Assembly: GCA_024704765.1 (NCBI GenBank) | Contig: JAKMXF010000233.1 | Coordinates: 434,001-498,000 of the forward strand | Reading direction: 5' to 3' | DNA length: 64,000 nucleotides | Source of the DNA: Oopsacas minuta | Lineage: Eukaryota > Animalia > Porifera | In this document: one piece after another, positions 42,395 to 53,748 of the stretch | Layout: each line of letters begins with the position of its first letter | Numbering within the stretch: the stretch's first letter is position 1 | The notes under the pieces: generated by a model | Database searches by the model: none | Told to the model about the DNA's origin: nothing | Seen by the model: only the letters and a program-made list of their open reading frames with translations | Made by a program: the position numbers and the translations under genes

Positions 42395-42440
42395 AACAAA
42401 CAAACAAACAAACAAACAAACAAACAAACAAACAAACAAA
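42395..42440. repeat. (AAAC)n microsatellite between the convergent MRPS26 and COPZ1 3' ends
   Basis: aaacaaacaaac run; similar tracts at about 40845, 52678, 55017, 56670 and 63215. Confidence 0.9.
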
Positions 42441-42495
42441 TAAGCACCTAAACAATCAAACTAATAAACAGATTGATAAACAAACAAACAAATAA

Positions 42496-43050
42496 CTATG
42501 AGCTCAAAATACTCCTCTTCAGCGTTTCTTTAGCTGTCTGTAACACAGACCCAATACTCTGCTCTGACAATATTTCCTTATAAGTAGACTCCTCATGTCG
42601 CGACACAGTCACTCTCTGTGCTACTAGGTTAGAGTCACATTCCAAGATAACACCTCCATTACATATTTCATCTAATATCATAAGAACAACATTCAAACTA
42701 GTTACTATCGCTTTTTTCTCCAAATTTCTTTTGAGGACTAAATTCAGAGATTCAAATAAGGTGTTAAGGAGTCCCATGAGCATAAGCTCATTCTCATTAA
42801 CACTCCCAATTACGTAGAACAACAAATCAATACTACTTCTGTAAACAACAGTCATATGATCCAAGAGGATAATCTCCGAATCTGATTTTTTTGTTTTTTT
42901 GAATATTTTCTCCTCGAAAGTGCGTTGATCTTTGTACGAAGTGTGAAGTGGGTCATTGAAGTATTGCGACACAATTCTGTCACCATTATTGTCGAGTATT
43001 AGTATCGCTTTTACTGTCTCGAGGGATGGCTCGAATAGCGAAGAATCCAT
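42496..43050 (-). CDS. COPZ1: Coatomer subunit zeta, intronless
   Basis: EPSLETVKAILILDNNGDRIVSQYF..SEIILLDHMTVVYRSSIDLLFYVIGSVNENELML..LDEICNGGVILECD. Confidence 0.95.
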   Translation of the reverse strand: MDSSLFEPSLETVKAILILDNNGDRIVSQYFNDPLHTSYKDQRTFEEKIFKKTKKSDSEIILLDHMTVVYRSSIDLLFYVIGSVNENELMLMGLLNTLFESLNLVLKRNLEKKAIVTSLNVVLMILDEICNGGVILECDSNLVAQRVTVSRHEESTYKEILSEQSIGSVLQTAKETLKRSILSS

Positions 43051-43264
43051 TGGCTAATGAAGTGTCAAAATTAATTGTTAATAATAGCATTTTGTCATGT
43101 TTATTAGTTGTGTAACCATGGATGACGGATTATTTTATCTGCTGGATGTTGTTCCAAGTCTTTTTAGGCACTCCTCGCTTGGTTGGAGAGGGATGTGTAT
43201 ATAATCCACCATCCATGGTTCAATATCTAATAAGTATATAGTGGGAGATTCTGACAAAACAGTA

Positions 43265-43420
43265 TACCGTGTATGTTGGTTATAAGAACGCCCTTGGGAG
43301 TATCAATACGTACACGTTCTTATATCCGGTATCCAGAAGATGGTGCTTATAACTGGTATAAATATGCAGGAATATATGAGAACCGGTATCCAGAGGATGG
43401 TGCTTATAACCGGTATAAAC
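43265..43420. mobile_element. MITE family G fragment with internal tandem subrepeats
   Basis: ccggtatccagaggatggtgcttataaccggtata; related copies at about 2765-2860, 11295-11360, 21235-21300, 55500-55560 and 58430-58543 (the last ends atccggtatccactg|ta). Confidence 0.65.
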
Positions 43421-43566
43421 ATCTCCCAATATCCATGCTCTAATACGACCCATTGTGGCTATAACGAGCTTCAAAAATACATTTTGATATCTCCGAATAA
43501 TTCGCGAGAAATCATTTCCTAATAAGGCTAATATCACTAATTATTATCCTAACTATGAACCAATCA

Positions 43567-44553
43567 TTATAGAGTATGTTTCATCTGCTTTTTCACACCT
43601 TTTTGAGCGGGCTGCTTCTTAGCCTGTTTAGGCGCCTTACTCTTATCCTTAGATCTTGTTGCTTGTTTGGGTTTTTTATCAGAAGATTTTAACGCCTTTT
43701 TCGCTTTCACTTTCTCTTTGGCCAATTTTAGTGCCTGCTCCCTCTGCAGTTTCCTAACTTGAGAAGATTGATTACGTAGTTGTAGAATCTTCTCTAAAGT
43801 GCTGCCTTGTATTGCCCGCTTGTATTTAACGGTCTTGCGAGTACGTTTCCTGGATACCTGAAGGGGAGATTGGTATGTAAGGAAATCATAATTGGTAACA
43901 GTCCCTGGGATATTGATATTTTTCAGGAGATTTGGGATCAAATCATTGTATGTACATGTATAAACTGACACATTAAGAGACAGGTCTAAATTGGCCTATA
44001 TGTCTCCAGGGGCGGTGCTAGGATCTTGCATACCTGCGCCAGGTCGGGGCCAGTATTTTTAGACCCGGGGTAAATCCCCAAACTGCCCTCTCCTCTTAGG
44101 ACAGCCACTGAAACTGTCACCAATATATTCTCGTAATAAATAAACCGAAAATCTATTAATAGGCCAATTTGCATTAGTATAAGATTGAAATTGATTGGTT
44201 GAAATTGGCCAATAAAACGCAATCTATTCTCACAATTAGACCAATAGAATATCTCCCTACACTAATTGGTGAACCCTCAAATCTGATTGGACTAGAAATC
44301 TGACGTCTATAACTATGAGTACTCCTCCATAGATACCATAACTCACCTCTGCTATTTGCCCTTTCTTATTCTTCTTCCGATATAATATAGTCCATCTGGT
44401 GTCTCTAGGGTTACGTTTCATCTGAAAAGATCTAGCGCATTTCCTTGTAACAAAATTGAATATCTTGCCGTCTACTTTAGCGTACTTCTTGCCATGACCT
44501 GGATGTAGTCTGTACTGACTGAACTGGCATAATTCCGTTTTTAGGGTTGACAT
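43567..44553 (-). CDS. RPL24: 60S ribosomal protein L24 (eL24), 2 exons
   Basis: KTELCQFSQYRLHPGHGKKYAKVDGK..KRNPRDTRWTILYRKKNKKG|VSRKRTRKTVKYKRAIQGSTLEKILQLRNQ; exons 44553-44347 and 43857-43567. Confidence 0.95.
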
Positions 44554-44685
44554 AACTAATTAGCTAGAATTATGGAAAGGTGTCAAAATATGATTAATAG
44601 TATTTCTATTAATAGCTCAAGCAAACACTGTTATTAACCAAAATAGCAACAATAATTCCTAAAAGAGCGGAAAACAATAATAATA

Positions 44686-46228
44686 CTAAATTTTGGTTTT
44701 TGTATTACTACAATATTCTGAGTATTCATAAGCATCCCTACACATCTCTTCTAGCCCCCGCTTAGCTTCCCATCCCATTTTATCTTTAGCAAGAGAGGCG
44801 TCCGCATAGCAGGTGGCTATGTCACCGTCTCTACGTGACGTCACAAGCTTTGGGACTTGTTTACCTGACACCTGTGTAATTATAAATTTGTAAATAAGTT
44901 CTACATATAGGATTCAAGGATCTCAACATTTGTATTACAGTTTATAGGAGAGAGTCCACCCCAGAAGGTGTCATTTACCAATTTTAACACCTTCTGTGTA
45001 CCCATGGACAACCAAGGGATCCCACTTCCCTTGGGTCACATTTCCTTACCTTCTCTACCATATTAATAACATCTAATACAGAATATCCATTTCCTGTTCC
45101 GAGATTAAATACATGTAATCCTGTGTTAGCGTTACAATACTTGAGTGCAGAGAGATGACCCTCAGAGAGGTCCATTATATGTATGTAATCTCTAACACCT
45201 GTACCATCAGGTGTCGGATAGTCATCTCCGAATATCTTGATCTCTGGAATCTTCCCTGCGAGAGCGTATATAGTTGCAGGGAGTAAGTTACTAGGCACAC
45301 CGGTTGGATCTTCTCCGAGCAGTTTAGTTGGATGCGCACCTGTTATATCTTAGCTCAACGGACCGCGATAGTTGCTTCGATATAACCAATGGAATATTTG
45401 TTACTTTGAAGGTTTGGGACCATATTTGTACAATTCACACTTTGATGTAAGCGGATATTTCTATATGTCCTGTTAGATATAACGAGAGCAGACTGTATGG
45501 ATATATTATCGGTTATATCGAAAGTAATAATCACGGTCCCTTGAGCTTCGATTTAATTATTAGAAACATGAATTGGCCCCGTGGTGTTCACAATATGCCC
45601 GCGGTCCCAGGATTTGGCGGGCAAAGGGAGCACTACCGAGCGTCCTTGCAGATAATATGTCATATAACCTACCGACAGGGTTAAAGTATCTGAGCAAACA
45701 TATTTTCCATTTATCAGGCTCAGAAGCGTACAGATCAGTCAGAATTTGTTCGCTATAATATTTCGTACGTCCGTATGGGTTTGTACAATTCCCCACGGGG
45801 TGTTGTTCTGTTATTGGTAACTTTATGGGATCACCGTACACAGTTGCAGAGCTGGAAAATATGAAAGTACGTATGTCTCTGACCCGCATTTCTTGTAACA
45901 AGTTCAGGAGGGAGTTTAGATTGTTATGATAATACTCCAAAGGAATGCGAGAAGATTCACCAACAGCTTTCATAGCTGCAAAATGCATAACAGTTGATAT
46001 CTTATATTGCGTGAAAATCTCCTCCACAAATGATTTTTGTGTCAGATCTCCGCGTAAAAAGGGAACACTTTGTTTGGAGAGTTCGCAGAGACGGGTAGCT
46101 ACATTTTCCTTAGAGTTCAAGAGGTTGTCGACGATTAGAACTTTTTCCCCAGCAGCTAGAAGAACTGAAGCCACATGGCTTCCTATATACCCAGTGCCAC
46201 CTGTGACCAGTATATAGCTCTCACTCAT
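44686..46228 (-). CDS. GALE: UDP-glucose 4-epimerase, 3 exons
   Basis: ILVTGGTGYIGSH; HFAAMKAVGES; FSSSATVYG; NPYGRTK; LRYFNPVG|AHP; DGTGVRDYIHIMDL; RRDGDIATCYAD. Exons 46228-45673, 45339-about 45046, about 44871-44686. Confidence 0.96.
45339..45495. mobile_element. MITE family A copy whose truncated TIR coincides with the GALE exon 2 splice acceptor
   Basis: cctgttatatcttagctcaacggaccgcgatagtt ... gatataacgagagcagactg|ta. Confidence 0.75.
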
Positions 46229-46267
46229 TACGCTAGTTACTGATGAGGATATATAGAATGTTAGTTA

Positions 46268-46520
46268 GCAGCCTCGAATAGTGGGTGGGGTGATTATTCA
46301 TATTTTAACACCCTTGGACAGAGGACATTATATATAATCACATACTACATTCCATGAATCATAGCATTCTATACATGAATATATTCACCAACTCCCTAAC
46401 GTGCTTCTATGACGTGTTATGTCTCAGTTTCCATGGTTACCTCGTTGGTATTTGGCTACACCCGTCAGCGAGGGAGGTGGTAATTGAAGGGGGCTACTAT
46501 TCCATGATACAATACTGTAC
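46268..46520. mobile_element. MITE family C copy upstream of GALE
   Basis: cctcgaatagtg..; other end ggggctactattccatgatacaatactgta. Confidence 0.75.
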
Positions 46521-47190
46521 ATATTCCAAATATTCGAATTTATAACTGTTACACATATGAAAGGAAATTTCAAAGAGACATGCTCGAATAAGAAAGTTCT
46601 TTGTTAGCTAATGAATTGCAATAAACCATAGCTGCATATAATAATGGCTGTACTATGCTTCATTCCACATATAGATTTATGGATAATTACCAACTGTCCC
46701 ACTTTTCAGCAGTATATCAAAAACGCGTCCAAAGCCTTCTCATCCTGTAACAAAGTTAGATACACCATGTTTGCCAATCGTCCCGAATTTCTGATTAGGC
46801 ATTAGGTTCTCTCAAAAGTAAATTTGAATGAATTTTTGACATTATTTGCTGTAGCCCTAATGCAATTATACTACGTCCCGCCAGTTCCCCGCTTAAATCT
46901 GGTAATAATCTTTAGAAAATATACAATTCAGATCCAAAGAGAGAAAGTTGTCGAGTCAGCAAAATTATATGGAATAATATTGTGTCACAAGAACAGAGTT
47001 CATAGAAGTGGTCACACGACACAATCTACTGAGAAGTGTGGTTATGTTTCCACTAATTGTGTCAGTTCAGCAGTTTTGTATTTGAGACTATTAATTCAAT
47101 AGAAACTATAAATTATTTGTAAATAACAAACAAACAAACAAACATTAAACTCAATTCAAACAAGTAATTTTCATCAAAAAACAATTTGCA

Positions 47191-48429
47191 ATGGCGACAC
47201 AATTTCCTGAGACAATCTGCATGCCACTTCTCGACCCCATAGAGGTAGAAATCAACCAATCAATAGACAGGTTGATATCCATCCTCAATCAGAGAAGGGT
47301 ACATCTCTTAACCACCTTAAGGAACAGGCGGGAAGAGATCAGGGCCAATCAGTTGGCGCGTAAACAAACCGATCAACAGCTGTTGGAAGCCCGCACACTT
47401 CTAGAAGGCCAAATAACGCATAATCTGCTTCAGTCCATGCAAGGAAGAATAGGGGCAGAGATGGAAGCTAAGAAAGCTGAAATACACGCTAATATACCTC
47501 CACCTCAAGAACTGAAGTTTGTTTGTGATACACATGACATCGAGGAATTTATCGCATGTCTGGGAGAGATCACTCAACATGAGATCCAAATCCCGAAATA
47601 CTCAGCATTCCAACAGCCCATTTTCGCTGTTGGCGAAAGAGGATCAGAACCTGGAGAGTTCGATGGGCCACGAGGTGTCTCAATTGAGACACATTCAGGA
47701 CACATTTATGTGGCAGATTGGAGAAACAGTCGAATCCAAATATTCTCACAAACAGGAGACCTAGTCAACATATTCGGAGATCAACACCTGAATAAGCCAT
47801 GGGGTGTCCTAATCTATCAGGACAACATTTATGTCACAGACACAGGACATCACACTATCCTCCAATACAAGCTCTCAGACCTAACAATGATTAAGCTAGT
47901 CGGTAGCCAAGGATCTGGTAGTGAAGAGTTCGATTCTCTGAAACAACTCGCCATCTCACCTAATCAACACCTCTATGTACCAGATCATAACAACAACAGA
48001 ATACAGATCATGACAACAAATCTGGAATTCAAAGACTCGTTGCGACACGAATCCATGACTCAACCGGTAGATGTTAAATTCTCAAACAAAGAAATGTTTG
48101 TGATGAGCTATAAAGATAATCCATGCATCCACGTGTTTACTCTCTCAGGCGAGAAGTCCCGCTCCCTAGTAACCAGAGGAAAAGGAATGCAAGTTGCAAG
48201 CGCATCCTTCTTCTGTTTGGATGCACAAAGTAACATTCTCATTAGCGACAGTGGAGCTAATAAAATCAAAGTATTTTCACCAGAAGGAAACCTCCTACAC
48301 GCGATAGGAAAGGCTGGATGTGAAAGAGGAATGTTTGATGAACTTACAGGTATTGCAATACACAAAAACAGAAAACTCATTACTCTATCTCGTAACAAGA
48401 ATTTTGGTTTACAAATATACACTGCTTAG
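47191..48429 (+). CDS. Coiled-coil plus NHL beta-propeller protein (TRIM-NHL-like, no RING or B-box), intronless, copy A
   Basis: N-terminal helical region, then NHL repeats (GEFDGPRGVSI..IYVADWRNSRIQIF; EFDSLKQLAISPNQHLYVPDHNNNRIQI; LISDSGANKIKVFSPEGNLLHAIG). Confidence 0.88.
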   Translation: MATQFPETICMPLLDPIEVEINQSIDRLISILNQRRVHLLTTLRNRREEIRANQLARKQTDQQLLEARTLLEGQITHNLLQSMQGRIGAEMEAKKAEIHANIPPPQELKFVCDTHDIEEFIACLGEITQHEIQIPKYSAFQQPIFAVGERGSEPGEFDGPRGVSIETHSGHIYVADWRNSRIQIFSQTGDLVNIFGDQHLNKPWGVLIYQDNIYVTDTGHHTILQYKLSDLTMIKLVGSQGSGSEEFDSLKQLAISPNQHLYVPDHNNNRIQIMTTNLEFKDSLRHESMTQPVDVKFSNKEMFVMSYKDNPCIHVFTLSGEKSRSLVTRGKGMQVASASFFCLDAQSNILISDSGANKIKVFSPEGNLLHAIGKAGCERGMFDELTGIAIHKNRKLITLSRNKNFGLQIYTA

Positions 48430-48663
48430 TTATTTCATGGTTAAAATAATGATAATTACAAGCTCATCTCTAGTTTATTGTCAACTCCTGTTATATCAAA
48501 GAGGGAAATTGTATAACTATGGTCCCAAACCGTTAAAGTAACAAATATTCCATCAGTCATATCGGAATAATTATCATGGTCCCTTGAGCTAAGATATAAC
48601 AGGTACTTGCCAACTCTCTGGGAGTTCATTCCCTATCTATTGAATGTTTTTCAATTTTTGCTA

Positions 48664-48815
48664 CAGTCAACTCCTGTCATATCCTAGCTCAAGGGACCGT
48701 AATAATTACTTAGATATAAGCGAGGGAATATTTGTTACTTTGACGGTTTGGGACCATATTTGTACAAGTTCACTCTTTGATATAAGCGGGTATTCGATAG
48801 AAAGGAAGTTGACTG
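48664..48815. mobile_element. MITE family A copy (a second, partial copy lies at about 48478-48601)
   Basis: ta|cagtcaactcctgtcatatcc ... ggaagttgactg|ta. Confidence 0.82.
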
Positions 48816-49033
48816 TATTTCTGGATATTTTTTGGGTGTCATTTTGGGGAATAACATGAAAATTGGTAAGAAGTATGTGGTAACTAAAATGAAGGAAATT
48901 AACCAAACAATTGAAATGTAATAATATAAATAATAAACACAAATAAATATTAGAATACAAATAGTAAGATAAATACACTATTCACCTATTTTACTAATAA
49001 TAATATTGATTAGAGATAAGTTATGAGAAACTC

Positions 49034-52000
49034 CTAATAAAGTTCAAGTTTCCTTTTGGCGTCAAGTTTTTTCCAAATTGGTAATTTTGAGAATTCTGAC
49101 CGCGACATTTTGAATACTTTCTCGAACTCTTCGTCCAGGAGAAAATCTTCTTTACGTGTCGCATCGACACCTTCAAATGACACATTTTTGAGGTCTTCGT
49201 AAGTATATTTTTTGCCGTAATTCGCTAGAGACTCGTCCACGGAGATACCCGCATTTTCAGCGTTAATCTCCGCACGTACTTGTAAGATATTTTTAGCCTG
49301 AGACCAGAGGTCATAATTCCACCCAATAAACTGTGCAGTGAAATTCGGAGGTTCATATCCTTGATTGATTTGTAAGAGTGTCGTCTCCTCATCGCTCCGT
49401 CCGGTCGGATCGGTCCGTAAATATTCCTTCACCGTTTGTAACGCGCCCTTTCTCTCCTCAATATTTGCGCCGATTCCTATCCAAACGAATATCTCTTCGT
49501 AAGTGTCAAGCACCATGACGTCATCTTGTGCCAGATCCTCTTGAACAAAATCGGCGATTTCTTCTACACTTAATCTCCCGCTAGCATTACTAACCTGGGT
49601 GGAATAGAGAGAATAACTTGCAACCGTTGGAAATCTCGAGAAATACCTTAGAATTGATCTGAGGTATAAAATTCGACAAATTCCTGAGAAAAGGTGACAA
49701 ATTTTTTAGCCAAATCATTCTTTAGGGTTCACCAATTATGATAGGTTGATAATCTACTGGTCTAAATCAGCTGTTCCCAACCTGGTGTCCACGGAGGATA
49801 GCAGGATATCCACAGAACGTGTTAAAATTGGTGTCAACAAGATCTCAGGTTGTGAACAACTGGCCTAAATCGTAGTGGTTTGTAGTGAAAATAGCTTGCG
49901 TTTTATTGGTCAATTTCAACCAATCAAATTTACGATTATTCCTATACAAACCTGTAGGAGTCTTGGATCATGAATGACTGGCACATTCTCAAGGTGTTTC
50001 TGTTTCGCATATGTCTTATACCCGCCGAGTGATTGCCAGAAGTCTGTCGGCTCGCTCTCTTCTTGTAGAATCGTCGGTTCTCTATTAGGTGTTAAGATTC
50101 TAGCCACATTCTGCCCAACTTGTTTCTCAGAATCTGCACTGAATTTCCCGTGCCATATATATGTTGCTATTGGTGTCTCAAGCACGAATACATCACCTGA
50201 ATTAAGGGAAGTCGCACTCTCTGCTACTTGTACAGCTCGGGTATTCAAAGGTGTCGAACCCTTTAAGTGGAATAAACGTATCCCATCAGTATCGTAGAAA
50301 TCCTTTTCGTTCCTATTCTTGAAACCGCTCGCCTTGCCGCCGGCGTGTATGATCATTCGACCCTCAAACATCTTAAGGAAATGCGGAGGTTCTTTCCCTT
50401 GGACGACACGAACTTGTACCGGGGCTCCGGCGTATTGGTCGTCTAGCGCTATAGCATGAAGGGCAGCAGCTTCTCTCTCATCTTGTGAGCTAGCTTGTCC
50501 GAGCCAGAAGTATATTATGTAATGCTCTTTACCTCTAACTAGATATCTGTAGAGGTGTTAGAGTAAACAAACAAACAAATAAACAAACAAACAGCTTACT
50601 TGTAAAACAACAGATAAGAATCTCCTGCATAGAATTGGCCATAAGTTTTAGGATTAACTGGAGCCATTTCGAAATTCTCAACTCTCCATATTTGGACATC
50701 GCCCTTTCCATCGTCTAGCAAATTTTCCTGTTCATGCTTAGCAATAATTTTCATCTGAGCGGCCAAATCTTCAACTTTAACTTCTTCTGGAGATTCATAG
50801 CCCTTCTTCCTGTGAACGAATATGTTCTCTATCTCACCTTCATCCTGCCAACCTTGGAACAATGCCTTGAATGCCACTGGCTCGGCCCCATCAATCACAC
50901 GAACCAGTTGAGTGGAGAGAGGATAGCCTTTCTCTTTTATGAAGCTAGCCCCATAGTGCATAGCAGCTTTGCGTTCACCTAGGTGTTCAAACAATAATTA
51001 TATGGATAGACACTATAGAGAGGTCATAACGAGAGTTTACAGCATACACACAAGTGGACAGGAGGACAGGGGGACATCAGGGCTTGGAAAAGTGCGAGAA
51101 AGGAAATTCCTTCAGCATAGTATCATTCCAATACACCACAATGGTAACTAAGGTATACCTTTAGTAGCTTCCTTTCCAATCCAAGCATACACAGCACCAG
51201 CTCCTGAGTCTACAAGGAAAGCGTCCTGACTATCCAACATACTCTGTTTGAGTGGTTTAGTAGATAATTGTGTAATTTCTAGTTCCCCTGATGAATCTGT
51301 TATGTGATAGAGAGAGACTAGTCCCTCTGATTTCCTTTCATACTCTTCATCTGGTGTAGATGGTCCTATCTCTCCTGAATCCTTGCCGCCTAGATACAAA
51401 TACAATCAACACTCCTGTTATGTCTCAGCTCAAAGGACCGTGATAATTACTTAGATATGACCGATGGAATATTTGTTACTTTGACGGTTTATGACCATAT
51501 TTGTACAATTCAAACTTCCGTATAAGCGGGTATTTCTATATTTTCGTGTTAGATATACCGGAAGTTGATTGTAGTAAACAAAATTCATAATTTTACCGTT
51601 CATTTCTCCTAGAAATGTAAATGGGATGTAAAGTGGATACGTGAGTCTCATTTTGGACCTGTGAGACACTGAGACTTGACAACTAAGACATACCTAGGAA
51701 TTTGAAGAATTCAGAATCTTCATCTCCAGCTTGTTCGTCTATAATCTCTATCCTTGCTTTACCAGCTCTCTCATCATCTCTGATATTACGAGCTGATTCG
51801 ATTGCCTAACAAGAAAACAGCTGATAATATTTATGACATATTAAGGTGTCAAAAACTTGTATATTCAATTAACCAATAGAATATCAGTATATATATATAT
51901 ATATATAATGGGTGTACCCGCAAATCTGATAGGTCAAAATATTTTGACGCCTAGCTCAGAGAGTTTTAGAGCTATCGCTTAGATATTAGAAAGTGTGAAT

Positions 52001-52876
52001 AGATGTATCACATTCCATACACATGCGAAATTTCAAATTTGTAGCTCTTACCAGTTCCTCAATCAAGGTGTCAAAACATAAACGAGTTTCCACTATAATT
52101 GACATACCTTCATGCGTTCCATTCTACCAGATTCGTTACCAAACCATACATACACCAGACTACCAAGATCCAATACAAATGCATCTCCGTGGTTAAGTGA
52201 TTCTACTTTCATGGGTACTTCTGTCATTCTAACATTCCTCTTGCCTTTGAGGTGATACAACCTTCTAATCTCCTCCTTCTCTACCTGTAGGATAGTTCCA
52301 GTATACAACACCTTCTTAGTTCCATATTAGAAATGACTCGTGAATGGGGGAATGTATTTGAGGGAAGATTTACAAATTAATACATAATTACATATATCGA
52401 GTATTCGTCACCTTTTTGAATCCACTCTCAATCCCACCAGACAAATATTTCACACCCTTAGGGAAGTATGACAGGAACATTTTAGACTCATGAGCCTGCA
52501 CCTCTCGGTATTGTACAGGTCCTCCTCCCAGATAATCGTCTAACTCTACAGATTTGATAGCAGCTGTACCGTATTCATCTTGTGATGATTCTGATCCTAT
52601 CCAGAAGTGTATGCTCCACTCTAAGCCACCTAAACGACACAATGGGTATAGGTGTTATGTAAGCAAGAGATTGAATAGACAAACAAACAAACAAACAAAC
52701 AAACAAATACCTGCTTTCGATATCTTGGTAGACAGCAGTACATAAGAATCTCCAGCAAAGAATGTTCCTTGTTTCTGTTTATCAAGTTGTTTAGGTTGGA
52801 ATTTTTCAATTCTCCAAATTTCAAGACCTTCTCTGGCTCCTGCACCAGTGAAAGCTGGATCTTTTACTGTAGCCAT
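49034..52876 (-). CDS. VIL1: Villin/advillin-like actin-binding protein (six gelsolin repeats plus headpiece), multi-exon
   Basis: [20 protein letters not shown]; [43 protein letters not shown]; [12 protein letters not shown]; [18 protein letters not shown]; [11 protein letters not shown]; headpiece [32 protein letters not shown]. Confidence 0.93.
51403..51571. mobile_element. MITE family A copy (villin intron)
   Basis: caatcaacactcctgttatgtc ... gatataccggaagttgattg|ta. Confidence 0.78.
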
Positions 52877-52978
52877 TTGTGATAGGGTTGCTAATTGGAA
52901 CTAAGAATTATATGGTTCCATTACGGGCTAGTTCATATAACAATTTGTAAGGGAGGGCAAAATAAATCCTGAGTCCTA

Positions 52979-53106
52979 TCGTATTGGCTCGAATAGTAGC
53001 CCCTTCAATAATCACCTCCCTCGCTGAGGGTATAGCTAAATACCAACGAGGTAACCATGGAAACTGGGACATAACACGTCACAGAAGCACGTTAGGGAGT
53101 TGGTGA
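52979..53106. mobile_element. MITE family C, partial copy upstream of villin
   Basis: tcgtattggctcgaatagtagcccc..acgtcacagaagcacgttagggagttggtga. Confidence 0.7.
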
Positions 53107-53748
53107 TAGGGGGTAGTCAGTAAACAATTATAAGTAACTCACCAAAAGTAAATAAAAATATCAGAAATTGAGTTTAGAAATAATACAAATCACAATAAAC
53201 AATAATAAATAGAATGTTTACATATAAGCCTAAAGATCTTATTGAAATCATACTGTGTGGTCTCTAATAGCACATTCTTGCTATCAACAAGATGTTTGAA
53301 ATGTAAACAATATGATGATGATACATGTGATGGTGACTGGCATGCATTATGTGTTTCAAAGGTGTGAAATGGTATAATTTGTTGTTGTTTGTGTGTCAAT
53401 TATGACACATTTTCCACGCATTTCCATGCTTTTCACCAATAAATAGGGGAAAAGACACATTCACAAGTATTTCTTGTGATAGTCTGGGATAATCCAGGGC
53501 AGTGTTCTCTCTAACTTTCGGGGGGCAGTATATCTGACATCTAAAGGGGGGGTGTTCTCAAAAATCTGGCAGTACAACCGGAAATTCGAGTGGTACTGCA
53601 CGAAAATGTGATAAATTCGGACAAATACCCCACACGGATCTGACATTTTAAGCGAATATTCCAGTGGAATACCCCCAAGATTCCTTTGAGGGACACTGAG
53701 GCCGGAGCGAGAGGATATATACGTCATTGAACCAAAATGCACAAAACA

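Noticed and set aside
38553-46545. Repeated small [21 protein letters not shown].. (38553-38741 and 46354-46545)
   Set aside because: Chance frame within MITE family C copies; another copy (17603-17817) has it disrupted.
49034-49120. Non-functional villin headpiece (ends KRKLELY rather than KKEKGLF)
   Set aside because: Core residues (KE..L, EF..VF.M....F..LP.WK) are retained; the variation is within what headpiece homologues show.
53461-53742. 93-aa ORF directly downstream of NHL copy B
   Set aside because: Non-ATG start and no recognisable domain; more likely a GC-richer repeat fragment or 3' UTR.
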